Source: Zootoca vivipara (Eukaryota). From it: a stretch of DNA of 64,000 nucleotides. A program made the translations under genes and the position numbers. The notes under the pieces were generated by a model. The model was given only the letters and a program-made list of their open reading frames with translations, did not search any database and was not told the origin of the DNA. The stretch's first letter is position 1; every line of letters starts with the position of its first letter. Positions 33,141 to 45,480 of this stretch are shown piece after piece. The stretch spans positions 6,882,001 to 6,946,000 of the forward strand of contig NC_083283.1 of the NCBI RefSeq assembly GCF_963506605.1. Reading direction: 5' to 3'.

Positions 33141-33487
33141 ACCGAGGCCATTTAGGGCTCTCTGCCTGCTGAAAACCCTCCTCTGCCATCATAAAGAAGC
33201 AGAGGTTCTCCTGTTAATTAGAGCTTAATTTGGTCTAAAGTACAGGTGTGTGCTAGAAGAGATGAGATCATAAACTGCAGATTATTTATTACATTGTATT
33301 GGTAGTGTAGAAACCTAATGAGGCAGATGGTTAGTCTGCATAGCCCAGTATTTCCTACTTGCACCGGATTTGGCTCCCATGCTGATATCCCAAGACTCCA
33401 GGGATTCAACCAGGGCCTTCCTGGCTGCAAACCATGTACATCTCTTCCACTCAGCTATGGTTCACCTCCTGCTTTTGTGAATAAACT

Positions 33488-33650
33488 ACCATACTTTTCT
33501 ATGTATAAGACTATGTTTTTTTAAACTCTAAAATAATGTTCAAAACTGGGGCTCGTCTTCTACACAAATACATCTCCCCCCCACCCATTTTCTTAAACCG
33601 GAGCCCCCCAAAATATACATGGGGGCTTCTTATACACAGAAAAATACAGT
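33488..33650. mobile_element. Tc2/Tigger-like MITE
   Basis: Degenerate TIRs TACCATACTTTTCTATGTATAAGAC / TCTTATACACAGAAAAATACAGTA. Confidence 0.55.
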
Positions 33651-34083
33651 ACATCAGCTTGAGAAGCCCACGTACCTGTGAGAAAATGCTGATCAGCAAT
33701 CTTCAGATATGGTGAGTGGGAGGCAGCAAATGCAGCACTCAGCACTGGAATAAGTAGATGGTTGGAAGGCTTGCAGAAATGAATACAACCCAATGGGAAT
33801 AAAACCAGGTATGTCCTCAAGTTCCCTGTATGAAGTTTAGGGCTTCACCCACTTCACCTTTTAAGAATTCTGCCCACATCATGTGACTAGAATATACTTT
33901 CCAATGGTTATCAATATTGTGAATATAGGAGGAGGTTGATGTCACAGAAGGGCATTATTGAGAAAAGTGGGTTAGCAAATTGCAGGGTATGAGGAACAAG
34001 ACAACACTCTGCAATGCAATCAGGGAACTATTTTTACTGAGTCTTGTCTTCATGTTTCGTCTTCATTTTGCTATCCTCTAGCT

Positions 34084-34218
34084 CAGGCATCCCGAACTGA
34101 GGCCCTCCAGATGTTTTGGCCTACAACTCCCATGATCCCTAGGTAACAGGACCAGTGGTCAGGGTTGATGGGAATTGTAGTCCAAAACATCTGACGGGCT
34201 GAAGTTTGGGGGTGCCTG
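34084..34218. mobile_element. hAT MITE (same family as 5240-5375)
   Basis: CAGGCATCCC...GGGGTGCCTG; TSD CTCTAGCT / CTTTAGCT. Confidence 0.85.
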
Positions 34219-34374
34219 CTTTAGCTGGTTAGCATGGTCATGGGTACACAAGAAACTCAGACATACATGCAGATGTATCTATTTTTTATTTCATAATATT
34301 TATATACTGCTTGATGGTAGAAAATCTCAAAGGAGTTTACAGAAATGTAAGAAGCATTTTTATATATAAAAAAC

Positions 34375-34421
<47 letters not shown>

Positions 34422-34485
34422 TTTAAAGGCATCCTGGAGGGTTGGGAAGATCTCCCTCCTTCATTGACTGTACAAGGCAATGTTC

Positions 34486-34924
34486 TATCAGAAACCAGGT
34501 GTACAGCTCTAATGAGGAATGGTGGGAGCCTCCCCCTCCCTCTGCTCCTCACCAGGTTCCTGAAGCTGCCCAAAAGCAGTGGAGAAGCATAGATTTGGAA
34601 CAGCGGTTTGCAGAGGGGCATAGTTCTGAAGACAAAAGTTGGGAAGAAACGGGGGGGGGGGGGTTGAACAGCAAGGTGAACAAAAAGTGGAATAGTGGAG
34701 CAGATAAGGTGACTATACAAAAAAACCACTGTGGTTGTGAGATCAGGTTATATGCAGCGGTAGTGACTAAGGGGGAAGTGGGTGGGAACCTTAATTGGGA
34801 GCACCTTTCCTCTGAGAAGGATTCTTTATTCTTGAGCTGTGATCATTAAAATCTCTTTAAATGGTAAGAGACTCATTTTCCATGGCCAAAGGGAGGGAAG
34901 AAGTCACTCTCCCAAAGCCTGACA
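34486..34924 (+). mobile_element. Degenerate solo LTR (439 bp)
   Basis: TATCAG (from TGTCAG)...CTGACA termini; TSD TGTTC / TGTCC; absent from the paralogous site at ~19965. Confidence 0.65.
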
Positions 34925-35516
34925 TGTCCTATAGCAGTAGCATCACTGGAAACTGGAGGAACCCTGTTTGCACCTGCTCAGTTGGGGGCGGGCAGGTTTG
35001 CCAGACCCCAGTTCCCCTAAAATAAGAGTTACTGTCATGTAGAAGCAGAATCAATGGGATGTAGAGGATAGGAGGGTCGGCTATCCAAAACTCATCTGCC
35101 TGAACCAATCACTCAAATATTTGGATTCCTCCCTCCCAGTTGAATTCATGGGATTTCTAGACCTTCCCACTTCCACAACAAATGCCTTAACCTGATTCTA
35201 CATAATGCGTCCCCCACCACACCTTCTGCCCTTACTGCTTTGTAAGTTAGTGGCAATTATCTCTTCCTCTCCAAATCTATCAACCGCAACTGACTAAAGC
35301 CCTCCTACTTCAATAAAGAGCTCTGCTCATTCTCTGTTGATGAGCTCAAAATATGGAACTCCCCACCCTTAAGTATCTATCCAAGAAGGAACCTTTTGCA
35401 AGGTTGCAATACAGAAGTGGGTGGGCACGGGAAACTTCTTCATGTTCCAGGGTTTTCATTTTTCAGGTCCCTCTCCCCACTCCAAATGTAGAATGGTGGC
35501 TTTGAAGGGCTTGGAC

Positions 35517-35652
35517 CAGGCATCCCCAAACTTCGGCCCTCCAGATGTTTTGGACTACAATTCCCATCTTCCCCGACCACTGGGCCTGTTAGCTAGGGAT
35601 CATGGGAGTTGTAGGCCAAAACATCTGGAGGGCCGCAGTTTGGGGATGCCTG
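35517..35652. mobile_element. hAT MITE (same family as 5240-5375, opposite orientation)
   Basis: Perfect TIRs; TSD GCTTGGAC / ACTTGGAC. Confidence 0.88.
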
Positions 35653-35682
35653 ACTTGGACTAAAGGACTTTGAAGGGCTTAG

Positions 35683-35897
35683 ACTTCCTAAACATTAGGA
35701 AGAACTTTCTGATTGTAAGAGCTGTTCGACAGTGGAATTTGCTGCCAAGGATTGTGGTGGAGTCTCCTTCTTTGGAGGTCTTTAAGAGGAGGCTTGATAG
35801 CCATATGCCAGGAATGCTTTGATGGTGTTTCCTGCTGGGCAGGGGGTTGGACTGGATGGCCCTTGTGGTCTCTTCCAACACTATGATTCTATGATTC
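35683..35897 (+). mobile_element. CR1 LINE 3' end
   Basis: Same family as 2020-2315; ATTCTATGATTC tail. Confidence 0.85.
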
Positions 35898-36076
35898 ATG
35901 GTCCCTTCCACCTCTACAATTCTATGCTTCTATGATTCTAAGTCAAAATAATTTGGCCTGCAGTTATGGACATTTGCTTAGTAGAAACTAGAATGTCATT
36001 GTATAAACTAAATAAAAGTGATGGTATTCTGAGCACATCAGAACTTTGTTTCAGCAGAGGTCTCCGCTTTCTCTGT

Positions 36077-37018
36077 TCAGTTTTCCTCCTCCTTGAAAAC
36101 ATTCTGTAGAATAGCTTTCATGCTCTTCCTGGGTCTGCCTCTCTTCTGTCTCCCAACCAGGAAATAGATCAAAGGATTAATACTGCTGTTCAGGCAGGCA
36201 GATAAGTAGACATGATTTACGTAAATGGTAGAGTCTGAATCAAAAACATAACCACTGATGTAATAGGCATTCAGTGGAAACGAAAAAATGATGAAGAAAA
36301 GAAGAGCAAGCAAGATGATTATTAGAGTTTTACCCCGCCTTCGCTGTTGTGATTTGAAGGAGACCTTGAGGCACAGAATTAGAGTTGAGATAGTCATGAG
36401 CAGGAGGCAAAGAATGCCGTTCACAGCATACTGGTTGTGTTTCATGGTATAATTGGCCACCATTTCAGTCAGGCGGAGGGTGAAGTTAATTCCACAGAGT
36501 AAGTTAGAAAGTACCCATATTGCAGAACACAAAGTATTGGACAAATTTGCTGGCCGGTGGCATCGATGCCAAATTGGGAAGAGGACTGACACACACCTGT
36601 CAATGCTGATGACTGTCAGTAGATATTGACCAGCACTGTACATTACTTGAAAGACATCTTCAAGAAAATGATACACAGGTCCATCATACATTCCTGTTGC
36701 ATACCAAATTATTTCCATAAAACAGTTAGCTGTGACTACACCCAAGTCAGCAACAGAGAGGTTCAGGATGTAAATGGTGAAAGGGTTCCTCTTAATGCAG
36801 AAGCTAAGCAGCCAGACGACAGTCCCATTCCCTAAAAGCCCCAAAATGCAAATTAAAATTGTGAATATAGACAAAATATATCCTTCTATGTCAATATCTG
36901 AAATACTTTCTGGATAATCATAACTCCTGTTGTTGGAGAACCAAGTTGCATTGTCTTCTCCATAATGGCCACCTTCAGCATTGAAAGGAGACAGGGCCAT
37001 TGGGCTGAAACTGGCCAT
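36077..37018 (-). CDS. Mas-related GPCR, 313 aa (C-terminus shortened by a premature stop)
   Basis: All seven TMs, SIDRC, NSSINPLIYF. After TGA the frame continues TEKAETSAETKF*, matching the paralog tail. Confidence 0.9.
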   Translation of the reverse strand: MASFSPMALSPFNAEGGHYGEDNATWFSNNRSYDYPESISDIDIEGYILSIFTILICILGLLGNGTVVWLLSFCIKRNPFTIYILNLSVADLGVVTANCFMEIIWYATGMYDGPVYHFLEDVFQVMYSAGQYLLTVISIDRCVSVLFPIWHRCHRPANLSNTLCSAIWVLSNLLCGINFTLRLTEMVANYTMKHNQYAVNGILCLLLMTISTLILCLKVSFKSQQRRRGKTLIIILLALLFFIIFSFPLNAYYISGYVFDSDSTIYVNHVYLSACLNSSINPLIYFLVGRQKRGRPRKSMKAILQNVFKEEEN

Positions 37019-37312
37019 TGAACTCAGTTGTTGCTGTTGTGCTTCTTCTTGTGTAGATATGTCTGCTGGGGGTGGAGAGGGTGGGATTAGTCTTTGATAA
37101 TGAATAAAGATGAAGCTAAAGCTTTTCAGCCTACTCTTTCTTGTCTTTGTGAGTTAATTCTTGAGTTAATTCCTAATATGAGAGTTAATTTTTAAGGTGA
37201 AATGGCTCATCTGTTTCATCTCCATTTCAGGCTGCCTCTTCAGTAAAAAAACTAATGTCAGGGACTGGCTGGATGAGGAGGAGTGTCTGTTTAAGGCTTC
37301 AACTTTTATATT

Positions 37313-37663
37313 CAGTTAGGTAGCCATGTTGGTCTGACACAGTCAAAATATATAAAAAATATATAAAAAATGTCCAGTAGCACCTTTGCTGTTGTTGTTT
37401 AGTCATTTAATCGTGTCCAACTCTTTGTGACCCCATGGACCAGAGCACGCCAGGCATTCCTGTCTTCCACTGCCTCCTGCAGTTTGGTCAGACTGATGTT
37501 GGTAGCTCCGAGCCACTAATAAACCATCTCGTCCTAAGTAGGTGTCCAGTAGCACCTTAGAGACCAACTAGGTTTGTTGTTCAGAAGTGTGCATGCACAC
37601 AAAAGCTTATACCAAGATCAAACTTAGTTGGTCTCTAAGGTGCTACTGGACATTTTTTTATAT
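37313..37663. mobile_element. Short Penelope inverted insertion containing a BovB 3' fragment (37387-37542, minus strand)
   Basis: Outer TSD TTCAACTTTTATATT / TTCAACTTTCATATT; inner 16-bp TSD TGTCCAGTAGCACCTT. Confidence 0.8.
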
Positions 37664-38234
37664 TTCAACTTTCATATTGTCATGGAAGTGACTAAGAAAT
37701 CTTAAATAAATAACGTGATATTGATTGTGTCAGAGTGTGTTTGTCGAAATTAAAGTGGAGATTACACTCTAAAGTCTCATATAGCAGAAAGAAACTACTG
37801 AGAAAAATTAGTTTGCAAATGGTAGGGAAGGGAGAACCAGCTAATGGCTCTGTGACTTGATCAAGTGAAATTCATTTATTGATTAGTCATACCATGCTTT
37901 TACATTTCCAGGCTCAATCTGGTTAACGGAATCAGAACGGATGTAGAGGGGGGGGGGGAGGTACAAAAACACGTAATATTTTAGCCAATGTAAAAACTAC
38001 CATAAGGGACATGACTAGTTGCAGCTGGTAATTTGTGAATATTTCTTATGCACTCATTATACTCAAACTTGGGATTGAAATACTCAAACAAGGTATTTCT
38101 TCACACACCATCTGTGCCTTATGGGATTTTTACCATGGTCATCCTTCTGTAAAGTTTATACCTGTAGTCAACCATATCCTACTGGTTTTTCCCATCCCAA
38201 AAGGCTTCTTTTATGCTCACTATGTGAATGCCAA

Positions 38235-38558
38235 GGGATGCAGGTGGAGCTGTGGATTAAACCACAGAGTTTAGGGCTTGCCGATCAGAAGGTCGGCGGT
38301 TCGAATCCCTGCAATGTGGTGAGCTCCCGTTGCTCGGTCCCAGCTCCTGCCAACCTAGCAGTTCGAAAGCATGCCAAAGTGAAGTAGATAAATAGGTACC
38401 GCTACAGTGGGAAGGTAAATGGCATTTCCATGTGCTGCTCTGGTTCGCCAGAAGCGGCTTTGTTATGCTGGCTCCCTCGGCCAATAACGCGAGATGAGCA
38501 CCGCAACCCCAGAGTCGGTCACGACTGGACCTAATGGTCAGGGGTCCCTTTACCTTAC
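38235..38558 (+). mobile_element. Sauria SINE
   Basis: Consensus match; TSD CTATGTGAATGCCA / CTATGTAAATGCCA; uninterrupted GGGAAGGTAAATGGC site. Confidence 0.88.
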
Positions 38559-38999
38559 CTATGTAAATGCCACCTGGACATACTGCAGCAGGTAGGTAGG
38601 ATAGTCACATGTGCTCTTCTGTATCAGTAATGGCCAGACCACATCTCGAGCTGCAAGCAAAATATCAGCAAAAACAGAGCTTGGAGCAAATTTGGAGACT
38701 CCTTCAAAGATGAAGCATGTGAAGAATTTCAAAGAAAGCCAAAAGATGGGATCAAAGATACCTCAAAGGGTGTCTGGTTATCCCTAGGTTGTCAGTGGGT
38801 TTTGCCAAAGGGGAATTTTAGAACATGGTTGATGACTCACTGACATTTATTTTTTTCAAATGAGTCAAAATAATTTTTCGGCAAGTTTTTTGTTTTTGAT
38901 ATAACAATAATTCTGTGTTAGGCAATGCAACCAACAGTAACTAGACTGTGTAATCAGAATTACAGTGATAAAGACAAAAGTGATGATCTTTTGGAGCTA

Positions 39000-39965
39000 T
39001 CATAACTGAGTTTCCACAGGTGCATCTACTGCCTCTTGGAGGTTTTCTTCCTCCTTGAAAGCATTCTGGAGTATGGCTTTCATGTTCCTCCTAGGTCTGC
39101 CTCTTTTCTGTCTTCCAACCAGGAAATAAATCAAAGGGTTAATACAGCTATTCAGATAGGCATAAAAGAAGGCATATTGAAAGAAAGAAGGAGGATTTGA
39201 ATCAAGAATATAAACAGTGATGAAAAGGGCATTAATTGGAAAAGAAAAAATGATGAAGAAGAAGAGAGCAAGCAGGACTATAATTAGAAGTTTCCCCCTC
39301 TTCCTTTGGTGTGATTTAAAGCAGACCTTGACAAAAAGGATAAGAGTGGAGATAGTCATGAGTGGGAGGCAAAGGAAGCCATTCGCAATAAACTGAATGA
39401 TCTCTATGATATAAACATCGAAATCAGCCAGAAAGAGAGTGAAGCAAATTGCAGGGGAAATAAAAGAAAGTCCCCATATTGAGGCACAAACAGTGGTGGA
39501 CATATTTGGTGGTCGGTGGCATCGATGCCAAAGTGGGAAGTGGACAGCCACGCACCTATCAATGCTGATGGCTGTCAGTAGAAATTGACCAGTGGTGTAC
39601 ACAAATAGGAAAATCAACACAAGCATTTCATCTGCAAGGTAAGTTAAGAAGTCTGATACCAAACATATTCTACTAATAAACACAACTGTGAGTAAACCAA
39701 AGTCAGCCACGGAGAGGTTCAGGATGTAAGTGGTGAAAGGAGTCCTCTTAAGGCAGAAGGCAAGCAGCCACATAACAGTCCCATTCCCCCAAAGTCCAAA
39801 AATGCTTATTAAAAAAAGACTGGTATGCCATATATATTGTCCTAATGTCAATCCAGAATCATTCTCACTGCGGCTATTGTTAGAGAGAACAGTTTCATTG
39901 TATGTTCCATTATATTCCTCTCCAGCATTTAAAGAGGGCAGTGACGGGAGGGTGTAATTCATCAT
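39000..39965 (-). CDS. Mas-related GPCR, 321 aa
   Basis: GLWGNGTVMWLL, ILNLSVADF, SIDRC, CHRP, FSFP, NSCINPLIYF; ends ETQL. Confidence 0.93.
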   Translation of the reverse strand: MMNYTLPSLPSLNAGEEYNGTYNETVLSNNSRSENDSGLTLGQYIWHTSLFLISIFGLWGNGTVMWLLAFCLKRTPFTTYILNLSVADFGLLTVVFISRICLVSDFLTYLADEMLVLIFLFVYTTGQFLLTAISIDRCVAVHFPLWHRCHRPPNMSTTVCASIWGLSFISPAICFTLFLADFDVYIIEIIQFIANGFLCLPLMTISTLILFVKVCFKSHQRKRGKLLIIVLLALFFFIIFSFPINALFITVYILDSNPPSFFQYAFFYAYLNSCINPLIYFLVGRQKRGRPRRNMKAILQNAFKEEENLQEAVDAPVETQL

Positions 39966-40219
39966 TGCAATAAACCGTTGCTTTTATGCTTCTTTTGGTG
40001 TAGGAACAGCTGCTGGAAGAAATGAGAAAATGGTGGAGCTGGTCTTTGTTAATCAAAATACACAAAGAAACAGGAAGGTAAAGATTTTCAGCTTCAACTT
40101 CTGCGCCTTTATCTATTTCAAAGTGCACTGTCGGTGAAATGATTCTTGCTATTTCATTTCCAGGAAAAGATGCTGGTGGAACTAGCACAGCTATGGAAAT
40201 ATATAAAGGTCCAACCCAA

Positions 40220-40500
40220 TAAAAAAATTCCTTCAGTAGCACCTTAAAGACCAACCAAATTTTTATTTTGGTAAAATAAAAAAATTCCTTCAGTAGCACC
40301 TTAAAGACCAACTAAGTTTTTATTTTGGTATGAGCTTTCGTGTGCATGCACACTTCTTCAGATACACTGAAACAGAAGAAGTGTGCATGCACACGAAAGC
40401 TCATACCAAAATAAAAATTTAGTTGGTCTTTAAGGTGCTACTGAAGGAATTTTTTTTATTTTGTTTCGTCTCAGACCAACACGGCTACCCGCCTCTAACT
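40220..40500. mobile_element. Short Penelope inverted insertion with a hammerhead motif (40328-40365, minus strand)
   Basis: TSD AGGTCCAACCCAA (40207-40219 / 40501-40513); inverted arms. Confidence 0.82.
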
Positions 40501-41030
40501 AGGTCCAACCCAAGACATTTAAGCACCTAAGGAAGACCCAGAAATGTCCCCCCTCCCTACCAGGAAAGAAGAGGTTGTACACCAGGAACACATGGGAGGA
40601 GGGAGGAGAGAGAAAGACTGACAGTGGGATCTGCTGCCCTGGGTGGACCTTGCCACTTGAGGTGGTTGTCTCATCTTGTTTCATGGGCTGGCCAACTCTG
40701 AATATATGAGAGATTTCAGAGAGTCTCTGTGAAACACACCATCCACTTGAACTTCATAGCATAAGTCTTCATTTCCCATGCCTATAACTCAGGCTAAGTA
40801 TAGGTAATTGAAATAACTGGGTAATCTTTTCTTCTTAGCCTCACATCCTTTGTTCAGTTTTAGATCATAAGCTCCTTGGGTCACTATGGATGTAATAAAG
40901 AAGCATACATGAAATGCCCTACCTGAACAGAATGGCCTTGATCTCCTTGAAAAATTATGTGTATGCCATAGGCCACGATTTCACGGTTGGCACAAGAGTG
41001 TCTAGAAGTGGCTAATCTGAAACAAGAAGT

Positions 41031-41612
41031 GAGTAAAGTAAAAGTAAAGGAGCCCTTCATGGTTAAGTCTGGTCAAAGGCGACTATGGGGTGCAGCCAGT
41101 GGCGAAGCTGCATGCTCTTGCACCGGGGGCGGAGAGCAGGCAGGGGCGTAGCACGTGTGGCACGTCGTCGCAGGGGCATGGCATGCATCCCGGGGTGTGA
41201 TGCAGTGCCCGTGGGGGCGTGGCACCCTGCACAGTGGGGAGTGCGCGGAGTGTGTCTGGGGGGTGCACTCCCCCCCCGTTCCTCCGCCAGTGGGTACGAC
41301 ACTCATCTCACTTTTCACGCCAAGGGAGCCGGCGTTTGTCCACGGACACCAGGTCATGTGGCCAGCATGACTAAACCACTTCTGGCACAATGGGACACTG
41401 TGATGAGTGCCAGAGCGCACGGAAATGCCATTCACCTTCTCGCTGCAGCGGTACCTATTTATCTGCTTGCACTGATGTGCTTTCTAACTGCTAGGCTGGC
41501 AGAAGTTGGGACAGAGCAACAGAAACTCACCCCATGGTGCGGATTCAAACTACTGTCCTTCCAATTGGAAAGCCCAAGAAGCTCAGTGGTTTAAGACCAC
41601 AGCACCAGTTAC
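41031..41612 (-). mobile_element. Sauria SINE interrupted by a GC-rich hAT MITE (~41097-41292)
   Basis: SINE halves flank CAGTGGCGAAG...CCTCCGCCAGTG; outer TSD TGAAACAAGA(A/G)GT. Confidence 0.75.
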
Positions 41613-42123
41613 TTCACTTTGAAACAAGAGGTACAGCTAGGTGGGCATATGTGATTGACTGACATCAATCAAGGAATGTCTCAATTTTCTTTTGATTTAT
41701 GAGCAGGGGAAGATCCTTGGAGGAAGGGTTCCTGAGAGACTTTAAACTGGATTAATTTATGTAATTGAATATATGGGGATGTGTTATATTAGTCCTCTTC
41801 CCATAAAAGACCATGCATATAAGTGCATAGAAGGGGGCAGGATTGTGAAAGCAGATCTTTACTGTGTCTGCACATTCAGCTGAATTTGTGCATAGAGTTG
41901 GGCACATTTATAATTATACACAGTTAGGCTCTGCCAAGCATTCAGGAACTCTTTGATGTTTCCCTAATGACATGGATGGATATACGTGTAACCCAATACT
42001 TTGGATGCTATTTGATTAAGCCATACTCTGAATCGACCCACTGAAATCAAAGCACTTGGTTGTGACTTATTTAAGTCGGTTAATATTGACTTAGTTAGGA
42101 AGTTGGCTTACACCAATTCCGAT

Positions 42124-42325
42124 CAGTGGCGGAGCTTCATGCTCTGCCACCGGGGGCAGAGAGCAGGCGCACTACCCCCAAGGACGTGGCGTGTGTTCTG
42201 GGGGTGGGGAGTGGTACGCATTTTGGGGCAGGGTGTGCAGGGGTGCCGGGGAGCGTTTTGGGGGCGGGGCGGGCAGCCGCGATGGTGCCCCTGGGATCGC
42301 GCTGCCCTGGTTGCCACTCCACCAA
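42124..42325. mobile_element. GC-rich hAT-like MITE
   Basis: Starts CAGTGGCGGAGCTTCATGCTC, similar to 41097. Confidence 0.55.
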
Positions 42326-42758
42326 CCGTCCCTATCGTCCTACGCTACTGATTCCTTTCATTTGTTGAGCTAGTTTAGTAATATCCACTGAGCTAGGGAA
42401 AGCATCCAGAAAAGACTGGTGATAGATCCTCACATTTCAGACAAGGCAATTCCCAACCCTACCTGGCAGAGACTGTATCTCGAATCTTCTGCATGCAAAC
42501 CACTCTACTTCAGATTTTGGATACAAAATCCACACTTCCATTTGTGTGGCCATTGCTTATTCCTATGAAAACCTGCTATTTACTGTTGATTTGGGACAAA
42601 CATCAGTAGGGTGTTGGAAGGGTCATTCATAGTGTTGGACGTGAAGCTACTAAGGCCACCGGGCACTGAGATCTCCAGAACTCATTCTTTCCTAGTCCAG
42701 TGCCACCTGGGATCCCTATAACTCCTGCTACCCTTGCAGATGAAGTAAATTCACATAC

Positions 42759-43010
42759 CTGTGATAACCTGTGGCTCAGATACCATGAGCAGGAGGAAGC
42801 GGGAGTAACAGCGTTCTGTGCTGGGGAAAGTAGGCAATCAAAGGATTTGTAGGAATCAATGCAATCCCCAAGTCGCAAGGAAAACTTGTAAGTCTGACCA
42901 AGCTGACTTCAAGATGTCCTGTAAATTTTCCTCTCCGCTTCGTCTGCTCTTAATCAGTTTGTCAACATCTTGTGACAAGAAGAAACTGTTTCTTTACTGG
43001 TGATCAAGAT
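42759..43010 (-). promoter_or_regulatory. Putative 5' exon of the MRGPR at 39000-39965
   Basis: Donor CAG|GTATG at 42759; near-identical copy at 55766. Confidence 0.5.
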
Positions 43011-43344
43011 AGCCATCAGCAAAATTAGGAGGCGGTTGTTGCCGCCTTAAGTCTCACTGTTGTAGAAAGTACACTTGAGAAAAGTTGGTTAACAAGTCAC
43101 TGGGAAGCAGGAAACAGCTAACAACTCTGTGACTTGATAAAGTGATATTCATTTATTGATTGCTAATACCATAGTACAGTATGCTTCTTTCTATCCATGC
43201 TCAACCCGGTTAACATAATAATGTACATACAAAAAAGTACAAAAACACAGGGAATATTGCAGCCAATGGATACAGTAACAAAAGAGCCATGAGAAGTTTC
43301 TGCTGCAAAGTGGCAATTTCCTGTAGATTTCCCCCCCACACACA

Positions 43345-44956
43345 CACACACATGTAACCCCCGCTAACCACTCAAAACTCTTCCATTGTTTACAGCCTCC
43401 ACTTTCCTCATATCAGATTCCCCCAAGGATGTAGCATCCTCATATATGCCATTGCTTGAAGGTATTTAACTCAAACCACTGCTTTATTTAAAATTGCCAT
43501 TCCCCCCCCTCTGTTCTCTCCATCCCTGCTTTTACTCAAATGTGTTGTTTTAAGTCGCCATTTCCCCCTCTTATTTCATTGGTATCTCTTCTTGTTTCCA
43601 TCTTTGGGCTAATAATATTCTTGCTGCAGTTGTTGCATATAAAAACATTTTTTTATCTTCCTTAAGTATTTCTCTAATTGCAATACCTAATAAGAAGGCT
43701 TCTGGGGTTGTTTTTTTTATATAAATGTATATTTCAACATTTTTTAAAGTTCATTATATATCATATTCCCAGAAAGCCTTCACCTCCTTACACTCCCACC
43801 ACATATGATTAAAGGTGCCATCTTTTTCTTTACATTTCCAACATTGGTTATTTGTTCTATACATTTTTGTTAGTTTCACTCAGGGGTGGAGCAAGTGGGG
43901 GGCAGTAGGGGCGGGGAGCCCCGGGTGTGGGCCCTGGTGACACCCTGGAGGGGTGTCAGTCGGGGCCGCTGACCCCGCCCCTCTGCTCCATCGGGAGCAT
44001 GCTTCGGCCGAGGGAGGAAGCCGCTTGCTCCCTCGGCCGACGAACGCTGTCCATGTGCTGTCCCTGTGCTCTCCGCGCCGCAGGGAGAGCGCAGGGGGCG
44101 ACAAACCACAGTGGGTCAGTGACGAGCACCCCGCCTGCACATCGTGACGTCACGGCACTGCAGCGCGTAGCGGTGCCCCACCCCCTGGGGTGCTGCCTGC
44201 TTTGACGCCCCGGGCGTCAAAGCGCCTAGGAACGCCCCTGGTTTCACTGGCATTATATACCATCTATACATCATTTTCATTACATTTTCTTTGAGCAAAC
44301 TGCATGCAGTAAAATTTATTCCATCTTTTCACAATATTTCCCAATCTTCTAATTGTTATGCCCAGTATCTTTTGCCCAATGTATCATTACAGATTTAGCT
44401 TCTTCATATTTCGTATGCCATTCCAAAAGCAACTTATACATTATTGACAGCATTTTTACTTTATTGCTTAAAAAATCGAATTCAAACTAGATCTTATATA
44501 TTCACATTCATTTTTCTTTTTGTCTTCTGTAAACATTCATTTGTTTGACAATAATGCAGCCAATCATTTACCAGGTTTTTTATTTCCTCATAAGGTTTTT
44601 GTTTCCACTGGTTATCCATCTCCATCACCAAATCTCCATAGGTGGCCCATCCCCCCCCATATTTAACTTTTTGATACTTGATGCCTCTAACAGCAACAGC
44701 CAGCATGATATTTTACATTCTATTAAGTCTTATATCTATTCAACACCTCATATATTGATTTTCGAATTATGTGGTTCAGAAAAACTTCATGGACTTTTAC
44801 CTTCTCACACCAGAAAGATGTGTGCCACCCAAATCTATTATCAAATCCTTCCAGATCTAATAGATCTGTACTTTTTACCAATATCCAATCCCTTAATCAA
44901 CAAAGGCAAGAAGCTTGGTAATACAATTTCAAATCTGGTAGAGAGAAACCTCATAG
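43345..44956 (-). mobile_element. 5'-truncated, decayed L1 LINE (ORF2 C-terminus)
   Basis: GFSLPDLKLYYQA...KENVMKMMYRWYI.PVK...CWKC...GTFNHMWWEC zinc-knuckle region, with stops. Confidence 0.82.
43881..44240. mobile_element. hAT MITE nested in the L1
   Basis: CAGGGGTGG...ACGCCCCTG termini and a perfect 8-bp TSD GTTTCACT. Confidence 0.85.
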
Positions 44957-45480
44957 GAGTGGACATATTTGGAGGTCGGTGGCATTGATGCCAAAGTGGA
45001 AAAAGACAGCCACACACCTATCAATGCTGATGGCTATGAGTAGAAATTGATCCATGCTGTACAAGAATGCAGAGGTTCAGGATGTAAGTGATGAAATGAG
45101 ACCTTTCAATACAGAAACCAAGCAGCCAGATGACAATCGCATTCCACCAAAGCCCCAAAATGCTGATTAAAAGGTAGAATCCAACTGTGGAATCCACTCC
45201 CATAGTATATACACCAATGACCACCAACGTGGATGACTTTAAAAGAGGACTGAACACATCAATGGATGATCAATTAATATTCTGCCTCCTCTGTGTGATG
45301 CAGTATGCCTCTGAATTCCACTTGCTGAGAATAACCAATATGCAATATATACTGTCCTAATATCAATCCTGAATCGTTATCAGTGTGGCTATTGCTAGAG
45401 AGAACAGTTTCATTGAAAGTTCCATAATATTCCTCTCCATCATACAAAGGGGACAGTGATGGGTGGGTGTAATTGATCAT
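44957..45480 (-). pseudogene. Truncated MRGPR pseudogene (closest to 39000-39965)
   Basis: MINYTHPSLSPLYDGEEYYGTFNETVLSSNS..., an insertion in TM1, GLWWNAIVIWLL...ILNL, a deletion with frameshift across TM2-TM3, AISIDRCVAVFFPLWHQCHRPPNMST, then L1. Confidence 0.88.

Larger units (their letters stand above)
34225..37285. repeat. Segmental duplicate of ~19745-21707 plus ~26674-27590 (gene and flanks)
   Basis: Collinear similarity of the downstream flank, CDS and intron end between the two paralogs, with lineage-specific TE insertions. Confidence 0.85.
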
